Positions 25,724-38,345 of a stretch of DNA of 64,000 nucleotides are shown one piece after another; within the stretch, counting starts at the first letter, position 1; every line of letters starts with the position of its first letter. The position numbers and the translations under genes are program-made. The stretch covers positions 124,001-188,000 of the forward strand of contig NW_005434616.1 in NCBI RefSeq assembly GCF_000315625.1. The letters are read 5' to 3'. The notes under the pieces are model-generated. The model was given only the letters and a program-made list of their open reading frames with translations, did no database searches and was not told the origin of the DNA. The stretch is from Guillardia theta CCMP2712 (lineage: Eukaryota > Protista > Cryptophyta).

Positions 25724-26491
25724 ATTTATTTTTTGATGCAACCAGGTGCTAAGTGAGAAATCAATCGCTCCAATTAATAATCGATTATGTGTTCCCTGTC
25801 GAACGTTCAAATTGCAATTTCTGAATGTAAACTAGACAAAAAAACAAACTCCTCGCCCTTCAGAGCCAACCATTCACTATGCTCTTCATCGTCTGATCTT
25901 CTTCCTGGGCTAGATCAGTCATGCGTCAGCCAATCCCCTTGACTCCTGTGCCCGGCCATCCCGATCCCAACATCCATCTTCGCTTTTATGCGCCATTGCC
26001 AAAGTATTCGTACCAGAATTATCACTCAATTTCCGAAGCATCTTGAGTTCCGTCCGTCACTTTAAAAAATCTGGGCTAGGAAATGCACACCGCGGCAGGC
26101 TGCGGGACAGAGTGACGGGGGACGGGAACGGAGGAGAGAAGTTCCATCAACAGAGCAGGAGTTCCATGCAGAGTGGTCACAGATTACATGACAGATTGCA
26201 TGAGGATACGCGGAAGAACAATCGGGTAAGGGTGCTGCGAGGCTGGGAATCAGTCAGGACGAGAAGCTGCGGGGGCGGTAGTAGTTCACATTGGAATGAA
26301 GGCTGACAATCACGGAAATGACGTCCATGAGGTAACATGGATGTTCATAGTGAGTAGTATGATTCCAGTCCTGTAGTTCGACGTATATGAGTACACAGTG
26401 TGTTCCTGATCAACATTGCCTCCAAAGTTACAGTTTAAAAATGCAAAAAATCACAGGACAGACGCTTCACGGAAAGATTATCTAGAGCAGT

Positions 26492-27860
26492 TCAATCTCG
26501 AAATGCTCTTAGACGATAGCATGTCGAACACCTAGAAATAAAAAATTGTCAGATGTTGATTAGGCCTGAAGAGGTGAAGCATCTTACTCTAAAGTTTTGA
26601 CATGTCTTGCTGTTCCAGTGATTGACCAATGTCTTTCGCTGAATTCTAGATGATTTGATAGCACACATACTTTGTCGTTCCTGATCTATGACATATATCA
26701 GATCCAAGACAAAGTGCAAAATCGCAAACCTCTGCTGTCTTCAACTCCACAAGTTGCAATGCATTGTTACCATCTCCCTCCCAGTCTGCTTGTAAGTGAA
26801 ATAATGATTCATATCCCTTTGTCCGCACAGGTTTCCCGTCTACAACGATCTTCGTCTCTTGAAGCCATTGTGTCTCAAAAATGCCATAGAGTGATGGAAC
26901 TTTGAATCTGAACAATACAGTACAACATGGCAGTTCACCCTCCCAGCTCACTTTCACAGCAGTTTGCAAACTCAACGCCTTGAGAAGGTCCAGACTGATC
27001 TGGTGTAGCCTTGCAATGTTGCTCAGCTCTGCATTGAAAGATGTTTCCTCCCAGATATTACACATCTGTGCGAGCATGAACGATCCTTCCACATATCCCG
27101 GGTCAGATTTTCGAAGGATCCGTTCCACGTCGCACGGGAAGCAAGTTGAAGAAATTGAGTCAAAAGAGAATACTGTCCAATCAAATTTGACCGCTGAGGG
27201 AATCAGAGAGTCAAAGATGTCGCCAATGGGCCTGGGATCTATCTTATTGAAGAACAAAAGCATGAACCTGCCGTCCGACACAAGGATTTTGCTTTCCAAA
27301 ACGCATGGGTAGAAAGTAGCCGAGTGATCACGGATTGCAAGAAAGTTTACGACATCTCTAAAGCATCCTTCGGCTCTCGATTGCTCCTCTGATTTACAGG
27401 CATCCCAGGTCAAACATTTGGGATGCACAAGAAATCTGATATGTTGCCCCAGATGGAATCCTTTCAATGCTCGCGAATGTTCTGAGAGCTTCTGGAAGCC
27501 CTTGCTCATTGAGACAACCTTTCGACTGCCAACATCTACCAAGAGCATGAGTTCCAATGCTCGTGTGAATATTTCCCTGTACATACGATCATAGTCGTGG
27601 GAGTTCTGCGGTTCTGTCTGATTCGTCGGTCCAGTCGGAGAGTTCAGACACGTTATCTTCTGCAAAACATCGCTAAGCAATTGTGTGATACTTCTTCCTG
27701 ACTTCAACAAAGAGCGGTGTCTCCTTATTGTCCTCTTGGCCGGAACTAATTTATCAAGCTTGTCGATCAACTCTTTTGTTTCATCGCGAAGGGCAGATTT
27801 TTGGAGCCTTTTGACCATCAGCATATCTTGACGAGATACGTTTGAAGAAGATGAATTCAT
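26492..27860 (-). CDS. Putative transcription factor: bHLH-like N-terminus plus PAS-like domain
   Basis: Long ORF with RLQKSALRDETKELIDKLDKLVP...RSITQLLSDVLQKI (bHLH-like), then LMLLVDVGSRKVVSMSKGFQKL..LGQHIRFLVHP (PAS-like). Two further small 3' exons are inferred. Confidence 0.55.
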
Positions 27861-28972
27861 ATTGACGTCAGTTACAAAGGGACACTGAAGCAATTCTAAG
27901 ATTAGCAGAATCGATTGAAAATGATATCGAAAAAGATCAGAGCTTATCTCTTTGCAGTCTGACAATCAGTATCAACATGGTTGCCCAGAGCAGACGACAT
28001 AGCTATAGAAGAGCCAGAGCCAGACGAGGCTACGATATCCCTACGTCTGGTATTACGCGCAGCCCCTTCCACCTACACCATCCCAGGTGTCGCTCGCTCG
28101 CTTCCAGAGTTGCGAGGAATACACGTTCAAAACCGTTACGGAACGTTATTCCAACAACCCACCCTACAAATACCCCCCAAAAACTTCTAAGAAGGACCCC
28201 ACCCACTTCCACCTAACGATCTGAAGATCAAATTAAAATATTTTAACCTCCATTATAACATTTTATGAGGTAAGGTCAAAACGGGTTACCGCAGCCCTGC
28301 CCGAAGTCAGAAAATAGGTACTTATGAGGGGTCCTTTGACCGGTGTTTTAACCCCTACCCTCCGTGTCATGTTCAAACTTACCCCTACCTTTTACACGCA
28401 AACGAATCAATAATTGATATAAGTCACCCCACCCTTATTTTGTAAGAGCGAGCAGGGGTACTGATCCCTGAAAGCTTCTCATCCTCTCGTGATTATAAAA
28501 ACCCCTTCCTGCGCATGTCGCACACCCACCCCTACAAACGATTCTCAATGAACCCGTGGGGGTGGATAGGTCGTACGGATCTGAGCTCGAAACTAGACGA
28601 TTTCAGTGGCTCATGTGAAGGAGTCAGAGGATGACACCGTTTTAAATAACTAAAACTTAAGACGGGATTCAAACAGCCCGCCTCACAACACAACTCTGGC
28701 AGGCGGCCGCCGGCCGCCGGGCGGCCAGTCCAGGCGGCTCACTCGAGTCAGTGGGGGGGGCCCGGCCCGGGCGATCGGACCACTGCCAGGCCGCCTGTGA
28801 AACCCTGGCAGGAAACGCGGCAGCGCTGCCAGATGGTCTCAGTCTCAGGCTCGGCCTCGTCCGGGCCTTGGCTTGAACTCGCCGGATCGCTGCTTGCGGC
28901 GGCATGCTGCGGGCCGCCGTGAATCCGAGGCTGACATGTCTCAGAGTTCGCCTCAGTGACTGCAATAACTCT

Positions 28973-28989
28973 TTTACTCAAAGTTAAGT
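28973..28989 (+). promoter_or_regulatory. Conserved non-coding motif TTTACTCAAAGTTAAGT, copy 1
   Basis: Exact 17-mer also at 41626, 50013 (minus strand) and 50199; lies inside a GC-rich island. Confidence 0.6.
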
Positions 28990-29781
28990 TACTGCAATGT
29001 GACTTTGCCACCGGACAGTGAATTGAAAAGAATTACAATTGACTCACTGGTGAACTGACTCTAGTGAGCGGCGCCTTGGCCCGAAAGGCATGCGGGCCCC
29101 GGCGGCTCGCCCACCGCGCCGGGCCGCGGGCCCGGCCGGGCGCGGCGCGCGGTTCAAGTTCTAGGACCTTTATTTGTATGCGTGTTCTACCATCCTATTC
29201 CAGTCCTATCAAGGCTCTACATACCCGAAATAGTACCATGGCTAGGGGCGAGAAAGGTGTAGATGCCGCGCATGTTCAGTCACGGCACGAGATGACTGGG
29301 AATGAGGGAGACAGAGAGGAAGAGGACCAGGATAGAAAGACCTTGTAACAGTGAAGATACGAGAGCTAGATCGAACTTTTGGATTAGAAACGCCTCTTGA
29401 ATTCGAGAGTAGTCAACTTGGATGGTGGATCGGACTGATCATATGTTCTGTCAGGGCAGTTCGGGCATCAAGCTGCGCTGCCTTGCTCACACAGCCTAAG
29501 TCATCTTGGAGCTAGGTGGCTGAGTTGCCGGGTCAGAGCCAGTTGCAAGGCAAGAGCATATCATGCAAGGAAACGATTCAATCCCCTCGGATGGTGATGA
29601 TCACAGTAAGCATTGATGAACTGTTATTTGTCAAAATCGCAGACTCATTCGGCATGCAGGAACCGCTCGGAGTTGTAGTGGTCCAGCAAAGTTCGTCAGC
29701 ATCATCCTCATCTCTTTCGTAGTGTTCTCGGCACTGGATAGCATCATTCATGGCTCGGTCAACGCTTCCTTCGGGCTAGAC

Positions 29782-30697
29782 ATGTTGGCCAAGTTCTTTG
29801 TTGCCATTCTACCTCTTATGTTGGTCATAATTGTCTGCGCGTTGATTTGGTTCGCAATCCGCTTGCTCATGGCCAAGTACAGCGCCAATCAAGTCACATT
29901 AGGGCCAAGTTATGCCGCGCTGTCAGCGATGGAGGCACCGGAGCCGTATGCGCGGATGGACGAAGAGAAGAAGGCCCTCCAAGGGATGAACCAGCATCCT
30001 ATCAACTCAGCCCGCAGCAACAACTCAGAGCAGCTCTCCGACGTTGAAGCTAGAGCAAAGGCCAAAGCTGAAGAGGAGAAAAGGAAAGCAGATGAGCTCC
30101 GATTGTTGAACCTGGTAATCCATGCTGACGTGCCGTTCCCTTGCTTTTCGATAATGTTTGCTCTAGGAGGCGGCAGCCCGGAAGAAGGCCGAGGAGGAGG
30201 CAGCGGCTGCAGCGGCGGCGGCGGCGAAGGCGAAGGCCGAGGAGGAGGCGGCGGCGGCGGCGGCGGCGAAGAAGAAGGCCGAGGAGGAGGCAGCGGCGGC
30301 AGCGGCGGCGAAGAAGGCCGAGGAGGAGGCAGCGGCTGCAGCGGCGGCGAAGAAGAAGGCTGAGGAGGAGGCGGCGGCGGCGGCGGCGGCGAAGGCGAAG
30401 GCGAAGCCCGAGGAGGAGGCAGCGGCTGCAGCGGCGGCGAAGAAGGCCGAGGAGGAGGCAGCGGCGGCGGCGAAGAAGAAGGCCGAGGAGGAGGCAGCGG
30501 CTGCAGCGGCGGCGGCGGCGAAGAAGGCCGAGGAGGAGGCAGCGGCGGCAGCGGCGGCGAAGAAGAAGGCCGAGGAGGAGGCAGCGGCTGCAGCGGCGGC
30601 GAAGAAGGCCGAGGAGGAGGCAGCAGCGGCGGCGAAGAAGAAGGCCGAGGAGGAGGCAGCGGCGGCGGCGGCGGCGAAGAAGGCCGAGGAGGAGGCA

Positions 30698-30728
<31 letters not shown>

Positions 30729-31363
30729 AGAAGGCCGAGGAGGAGGCGGCGGCGGCGGCGAAGAAGAAGGCCGAGGAGGAGGCGGCGGCGGCGGCGGCGA
30801 AGAAGAAGGCCGAGGAGGAGGCAGCGGCGGTGGCGGCGAAGAAGGCCGAGGAGGAGGCAGCGGCGGCGGCGGCGGCGAAGAAGGCTGAGGAGGAGGCAGC
30901 AGCTGCAGCGGCAGCGAAGAAGAAGGCCGAGGAGGAGGCAGCGGCGGCAGCGGCGAAGAAGAAGGCCGAGGAGGAGGCAGCGGCGGCGGCGAAGAAGAAG
31001 GCCGAGGAGGAGGTATAGCTTGTTGCTCCATCAGGGCAGTTTTTTGATTTCGTCCAGGAGCAAGGAGCGGCATGGAAGGCAACTCCCCTTGATTCTCGTC
31101 GTTACCTTCCTCCTGACTATCCGCACAGGTGGGTAGCCGAGTATCAGCCCTGTGGAAGGAGGAGAACGAGTACTTCCTCGGACTAGTGTCCGCTGACAAC
31201 GGCGACGGGACATACTCGAGTGATGCGCAGCTTCTGGTTGGCGAACGCGGCTGACCGTTGATTGTTTCCAGTCAACTTCGATGATGGCGATGTCGACGAG
31301 CGACTGGAGGCCGAGCACATTCGTGCGCCGACACAGGGAGAGTTGAGCAGCAGCAACAACTGA
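29782..31363 (+). CDS. Membrane-anchored protein: TM helix, long (KKAEEEAAAAAA)n helical stalk, C-terminal Tudor-like domain
   Basis: TM FFVAILPLMLVIIVCALIWFAI. After an intron comes the E/A/K repeat, then EQGAAWK|VGSRVSALWKEENEYFLGLVSADNGDGTYS|INFDDGDVDERLEAEHIR (Tudor signature). Stop TGA 31361-31363. Further upstream exons are possible. Confidence 0.75.
30168..31012 (+). repeat. Coding minisatellite (AAG-AAG-GCC-GAG-GAG-GAG-(GCG)n), more than 20 units
   Basis: Tandem units of ~30-45 bp encoding KKAEEEA(n). Confidence 0.95.
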
Positions 31364-31402
31364 GTCTTCATGCACATCATTCATTGAGTTTCAACAACTT
31401 TT

Positions 31403-34400
31403 TCACGCTACTCCGGTCATCTCGTGGTCAAACAACTCTCGGGAGAACGGGTCAGAGCTAGTGAAGTCAAACTGCGGGCCTTGCGCATGAGCACGTACGA
31501 CACATGCTGTACTCATGCCGGGCTTGCGGAGGGCCGAGAGCGGGTCTGCGACTTGCCTGGCAAGGGATCGCAGCAGCATCTCGCCCTCCCCCTTCCTCAG
31601 GGGTCCTGACAGCTCCAGCTCGACCTCAACACACCCGTCCACTTCCACGATGTCTTGCAGTGTCAGCGCCTGCTCAGGCAGCGCCGCTGCTGTCGCCACG
31701 TCCTGCTTGACCCTCGTCGCATACCTCGAGAACGCCAGCATGTCGACGGCTCCGTCCCTGCCCACCCACGTAGAATCCTGCGCGAATGTGAATCGGATGA
31801 TGTAGGGCCCCAGCTCAGCTGGGGGGGAAGGAGGAGTCGGATGGAAGTCAGCATTCATAGCCTCGCTCGATATTCGAGCCTGCTCCTCCACAAGCTCCCC
31901 GATGTCTCGCACCTCCTCCTGCCCCTCCTCCCTCATGCTCGCATTGCCCATGGCCTGCTGGTTCACTCGGGCTGCGGCTCCAAGTTTCTTCCGGGGCATG
32001 AAGGAGTCTATGGAGATCTCCTGCAGAGGAGGGGAAAGTTCGTAGATCGCAGCGCCAGCCTCCTGCGTGTGCTGCTGCTCCGAGCTGGCAGACAAGTTCA
32101 TTCCCTCCAAGATGTCGCTGGGAGAGATCTTCTCCTCGGGCTTCAGCGAGGGTTCGTGCGACTCTCTAGGAGCTGGTCGCTCTGAGGTCCGAGAGCTGTC
32201 GAGGAAGGAGAGCATGCGAGGGGATGATAGCTCACTCTGAACCTCTTGTCGGATCATCTCCCTCAGGTTGAGCATGTTCACGTTGGGCCGGGCGGATGCT
32301 GCGACTGGCGCTCGCTCCTCCAGCTTTCGTTGCTCGAGTTTTCTTATGGCCCGGCGAGAGCAGAAGTACCAGAACAGCAGGAAGACTGCGAGGAGGAATA
32401 CAGCTCCTCCCGCTGAAATGCCGATGATCGCATCTTTGCCGAGAACTCGCGAGCTCTTCTCCTCCTCCTGCACTGCTGGCACTGCTGGCACTGCTGCCGG
32501 CACCAGCATCGCACTGAAGTAAGAGAAGGCGTTTGTCTCTCCCTCCGCCATTCCAGTCGCCTGATTGTAGACCGTCCGAGAAACCTCCACCCAACTCCCC
32601 GTCGCCCTCCGCGTCTGCTCGAACCGCATCACTGCCAGCCGCATGCTCACAGCGTTCTTCATGATCGCCTGGTCCACTCGCAGCCTGACCGTCGCCTTGC
32701 CAAGGGTCAGGCGGATGGTCGTGGGCTCGAGGAGGAGGATTTCGCTCGCTAGCGTCAAGTTCTGCTGTAAGCTCTGGTTGACCAGACCCGGCAGGCTGCT
32801 GAGGGAGGGGATGGACGCGCGGACGTCAGGGGAGATGCCGAGGGGCCACACGCCGGGAGGGATGACGACTCCTTGCCCGTCGCTGAAAGTGACCGAGCAG
32901 GTGTCGACGTTGGAGCTGGTCCCTCCCGACGAGCCGCAGGTAGCCTCCACCAGTCTGACAGGTGGAGGAGTGGAGGAGAGGGGGAGAGGGGAGCTGGTAG
33001 GAGAGAATGAAGTAGAGGTCTCTGCGAAGTAGAGGTAGCTTCCATTGTACCTCACCACCCTTTGGCTCCCTGTGAGCTCGAACTTCAGCGTGACTGGCTC
33101 GCTGCTCGGGGAGGAAGCAGAAGGGACCGAGCAGGTCGCCGAGCTGTCGCTCTGCCATGTTGAGTTGGGGCAAGAGGTCTGGCCGATGGCGATTGAAAGC
33201 GATGACGTGGCACTGCCGAAGTTCTTGCCGAGGACCTCGAGGAGGTTCCCTCCTGTCACAGACCCTTGAGCTGGACTGATGCTGGAAGCCACGGGTAGAT
33301 CGAAGCTGAAGATGTTGGTGAAGGTGGCGACAGCCTGGGCAACCTGCATGCTGACGTCTGATGCTCCACTCTGAGGGATCTGACGAGGAAGCGAGCAGAC
33401 GACAGCCGAGCTCGCGATCCACTGAGTTGAGTTGCACGTCAGGCCTGCAACCTTGCCGATGATAGTGCCCGGCCTGAAGACTCCGAAGTTTGACCCGAAG
33501 ATGGAGATGTTTTGAACAGGCGTGTAAGGGGCGTTCGAAGGTGATACCGACGTGATGACATTCTTGTCAAACGAGAAGAGATTCTCCGTCGTTCCCATCT
33601 GATTCATAACGCTCAGCACTACCTGAGCTGCTTCTCCAGGCAGGGCAGCTGGGGCCTTGCAGATGACGCTGCTCATGGAGCTCCAGGACAAGACGAGCAG
33701 GCGCGTCTGTCCCACCCTTACATGGAGGCTGGTGTCCCAGCGACCGAAGTTGGAGCCGACCAGCGTCAGCACGACTGACCCGTCCGGTGGGCCGTTGACC
33801 ACTGAGAAGGGACCGGTGGTGTTGAGCCCGCAGGAGATCGGCTGACCCGTTGACAAGTTGAAGCAGCCGAGCTGAGGGCTGGGGTAGGCAAACGCGCTGG
33901 GGATGACGTCTGACCTCCTGCACAGCTGGGCTGTCACATCACACACCCCGACCCCTGCTGGGGCTCCCCTGCACACCAGAGCTGTGTCCGAGATCCAGTC
34001 AAGCTGCTGGCAGGTCGTGTCTCCCAACTTCATTCTCGTCTGCTGGGCTGAACCTCCGACCTCGGCACAGGAAAGGTTGCTGAGAGAGGTGGTCGCCCAG
34101 TACCTTCCGAAGTTGACTCCCCGGACTGTCACGTTGAACCCTCCCTCCTGGCTCCGACCTGCCACGGGCTGGAGGACCGACTGCAGCTTCAGCGCATCGT
34201 AGGTGATCGCCTGAGTCACGGAGGACGTCTGGTTGCTCGCAAAGAAGGCGAGCTGGAGGCTCCAGCCCTCGTCGTCGCTCAGGCTATAGCCGCTCCCCAC
34301 AGTACAGAGCAGGGACGAGTCAGACTGCCATTGCGTGACGAGGCAGGCCGTGCTGCCTATGGTCAGCGACGGGCTCGAGTCCCAAGGGAGGAAGTTGGAG

Positions 34401-37400
34401 CCAAAGGCCGTGACTACCTGCCCTGGCTGAGCTGAGGGCGGCACGTTGGCTGGGAAGAGACTCGACAAGCTGGGAAAGTCATAGCTGAAGGAATTGGAGA
34501 GCGATCCGACCTGCAGGACCACCGAGGCTAAAACTTTGGCCGCGATGTCCGATCCAGCAGGAACCGTACAGCTGACTGAGCTTGTGGACTTCCAGCTGGA
34601 TGCCGAGCAGGCTGTAGAGGCCACACGGAGCTTGGGAGAGACGTCAACGGCCCCCAGACCTGAACCAGAGAGTAGGAGAGGGTTTCCGCCGGTCCTGCCG
34701 GAGTTTCCTTGAAACAGCGTGTAGCCAAGGAAGAGAACCTGCAGAGCGCGTGAGAGGAAAGAGGAGAGACACGAGCCCCTCCTGCCTTCTGAGTGAAGGT
34801 CGAGACTGAAGGTGCGTCAGTGGAGACGAAATCTTGACTGGTCCTGTGCGACAGAATGAGGAGGTGGGCCTTGCAGGAGAGTCTGGCGTACCCGAAGCTC
34901 GTAGCTACCGACAAGATGACAGAGGCTGTGTGCTCGGTGAAGGAGACTTGTTTGACTACCACAGAGCTTGTCGACAGCCACCCAGTGCTCGGACTTGCCG
35001 TGTGTTTGACTCGAGCCTGGAGCCGAGGTCAGACGTCAAAAGCAGGGGCTGAGAAAATCCACCTTGGCAGTTGCAGAGGAGGTGGCGAAGTTTGCACCCT
35101 CGACTGTGAACCTCGTTGATCCCACGAGCGGCAGGTTGGCGAGACTTTGATTGGACTCGGCCATAGAGAACTTGACTGGCGAGGGCGAGTCGAAGGTGAT
35201 CCCGCCCAACATACTCCCCACTGCAGCTGCTACAGTGACCTGAGGATCCATCAGCAGAAGCGACTGGTAACGAAGCAAGTTTCTCTCACCTGAGAATGTA
35301 TCGTCCGTCCATAGCCGGGCAGGAGCTTTACAAGTAGTGAAGTCATGGAGGACCACTGAGTGACTTGGCACGAACTTCCTCCCACCCGGGCCTGTCCCGT
35401 ACCGTCGAAGGCCCCGAAGGAGTCACCCAGCATGAGAACGCCATCCGCTCCTGCTGAGACGTTGCTGGCGACATAGACGGGGAAGTTGGTCGTGACGAAC
35501 TTGGAAGGGGCAGGAGCGTCGAAAGTGAACAAGACGATCGACTTTCGCTGTGTCTCTATCGAGGAGTTTGAAGCCTGCTGCTGCCCTCCTACCGTGAAGT
35601 ACAAGGGTGCGTCCGAACCCAACGAGGAGGAAGCTCTCAACCAGATTGCAGTGTCTGACATCCACTCGGAGCTCTCTGAGCTTGTCCACCCCAGCCTGCC
35701 CTGACCACTGCAGGCCACAACTGCGAAGTTCGAGCCGAAGGCCGAAACGATGGCGCCTGTCTTGGGTCCGTTGGCGGGGAGAAGGGAGCTGACGACAGTC
35801 TCATCGTAGGAGAAGGACTCCGTTAGGCCCGCAACCTGGGCGGAGACGCTGCAGACGATCGTCTGAGTGACATTGGCGTCATCGTAGCCCGAAGGAGGGA
35901 GAGAGGCGATGGAGCTATCTGAGAGCCAGGAGACTGCGGGGCTTGCGGTAGCAGTCTGACGAGTTGCCGGCGAAGAATGCGAGACCCCGAAGTTGGCACC
36001 TGACATGGTCATCGAGGACGAGGAGCTCTTGGGAGAGTTGCTGGGGGCGAGGTGGCTCATTGACATGAGATCGAAAGACAGGAGAGTATCTGCTGAAGCC
36101 GTAGCGATCAAGCTGGTGATGACAAGACTATGTAGCCCCAGCAGCCCTGACAAGGGCTTGAGGGCCAAGGAGGACGTCGAGAGCCACATGGTGAAGGCTG
36201 AGGCAGTCGGGAGGACTCGACTCCTGACTGACGAGTCTGAAGGGCCCAAACCAAGTCCGAAGGCCGTCAGGTGTGCCGGGTAGCGAGTCTCGGTGTTTGA
36301 CCTGGACATGTTGAACACTAGCTGAGCGTCATACGACAAGAGCTCTGTCGCAGTGCCCACGAGGCTGGAGGCAGTCAGTTGAGCACTGAGCGTCCTGCCC
36401 ATGCCCGCAGCCGCCATGCAGCTGACCTCCGCGTCCGATATCCACAGGGTCTGTGCCGTGCTGGTCCCAGAGATCCTTGCGCTCACTGACGTATCCCACA
36501 GCCCATAGCTGGACCCAGAGATGTTGAGCATCTGAGAAGAGTCCTGGACCAAGTTAGGACTTGCAGCAACAACCAAGACTGGTCTATCAAAGGTGAATGC
36601 ATCCGTCACAGTGCCGACAGATGCTGAGCCCGTGAGGTTCCCCAAGGCCCCGACGGTCACGCTGACAGAGGCCATCCATGAGCTGCCTGCCGAACTCGCG
36701 GCAAGCAACGAGGTGTCACTCTGCCAGGACGTCGACTCAGAGGCCGAGCGGCCGACTCGAGCCAAAGGCGTCAGGTCGAATGGTGCGAAATTTGCCCCAA
36801 AGATGGTGCAGGAAGACCCTGGGGTAGGGCCGTTGGTTCTGAGCACTGCACTCACAGACGGGTCATCGTAGGTGAAGGCATCGAGCTTGGAGGTCAACCT
36901 GCAGGAATCAAGGGTTTAAGGACAAGTGTTGAGGCCTGAGGAGCGATACCTCGGCTCTGCAAGAGATCCGTTGTACGAGTAGCCTGCCTGAACCTCAACG
37001 GACAGACCAGACTGAGACCCGGGGGGGACGAGACAAATCAGCTGCGAGTCCGACAGCCATAGAGTAGATCTGCATGTTGACTGTCCGACTTTGATCTGCT
37101 GTGCCGCTGAAAGCTTCAAGTCAACGCGACTGATACTCTCCCTCTCTCTCTGTCTCTATCCTTCACTCCCCTTTCCTCAGACCTCCCGCTTTTCTCCTAC
37201 CCAAGTGATTCACCTGACAAGCTCGTGGCTCCAAAGTTGAGCCCGACGGCAGTAACGCGAGCGTTGCCGCTGGTGGGTCCATTGCCCTTGACCACGGCGA
37301 CGAGTGAAGGCGCGTCAAATGAGACTGCATCGAAGATCGTGTACTTGATGTTTGTCTGCAGTCAACGCCATCAGGGCATCGCCACGTTCAGCTTCCAACC

Positions 37401-37792
37401 AGCTCGACTTGCCTGGAGGGTCACAACAATTTCTGACGCGCCCATGGCGAAGCCGGACGTCAAGAGCTTGCAGGTGGCAGAGGTCAAGGAGATCCACTGA
37501 GTTGTGTCGCAGGCTGTGCCGATGAATCTGATCTTCATGTCGGAGGGCTGGTTTCCGAATCCTGCGCCGAAATGTCAGGATAGAGGGCAAGAAGTTTGTA
37601 AGGTTCGGCCTGACCCTGGTACGCTCCGAAGGGACCGCCGCCGTACACGGTGATCGCTGACTGGGCAACGCATGGCACGTTGGAGGGACTCACTGCAGTG
37701 AGAGTCGCCTGGGAATGCCCACAAGAGAAGCTTGCAAAGAGGCAGAGGAGGAGGAGGAGGAGGCGGTCTAGATTTGAATTTCTGGAGTTCAT
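31403..37792 (-). CDS. Giant type I membrane protein with many IPT/TIG domains, a ZU5-like region, TM helix and long cytoplasmic tail
   Basis: Signal peptide MNSRNSNLDRLLLLLLCLFASFSCGHS. Repeated F(S/T)(Y/F)D..V.S..P.NGP..G..T..G.NF..WxSD(S/T)..C units. TM AIIGISAGGAVFLLAVFLLFWYFC. Last exon over 3 kb. Confidence 0.88.
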
Positions 37793-38231
37793 CTTCCTGT
37801 ACAAGAGAGACTGTCTGTTGAGTTGGGCGATCCGTTCGAGAGGAGCAGCGAGGAGTACGTGCATGTTGTCTTCTTCCTGCTGCTTCTCATCCTCCTCTCC
37901 CTCTTCGCTTCTCCTCCTCCTCCTTCAGCACTGAGTCCAGAAAATTCGCGCTGCCCCACATTTTGCCCAACCCAAATTTCTCAAGAGGGGTAGAGCACTC
38001 AAGCTATATTCTGAAAAACACCATCTGTATCCCCTAAAAACTCTTGAGTCCAATACAGCTAAATCATGATAAGTAATAAAAACATATGGTCAGATATTTA
38101 CTTATTCACTCAGAGGACCACCCGTCAACCCTCACACACAAAGTTCAGCTCCTGATACGGATCTCCGTTACATCTGTCAAACGGGACCCGGAAAGTCCGT
38201 AACGGTCCATCGGAGTAAACTTATGAAGGTT

Positions 38232-38235
38232 CCTG

Positions 38236-38273
<38 letters not shown>

Positions 38274-38303
38274 TCTCCTGCTCCTGCTCCTGCTCCTGCT
38301 CCC
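38232..38303. repeat. (CCTGCT)n hexamer repeat
   Basis: About 11 tandem units, intergenic. Confidence 0.9.
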
Positions 38304-38345
38304 TGATTTCCTCGCTATACTCAAAATAATTCGTGGTATTCGTTT

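Noticed and set aside
29140-29170. tRNA/SINE B-box-like GGTTCAAGTTC
   Set aside because: No A box or cloverleaf; no tRNA could be folded here or elsewhere in the window.
29910-31199. 429-aa polyproline (extensin/formin-like) minus ORF and 331-aa poly-Arg plus ORF
   Set aside because: Shadow frames of the KKAEEEAAAA coding minisatellite; splice sites and flanking domains support the E/A/K frame.
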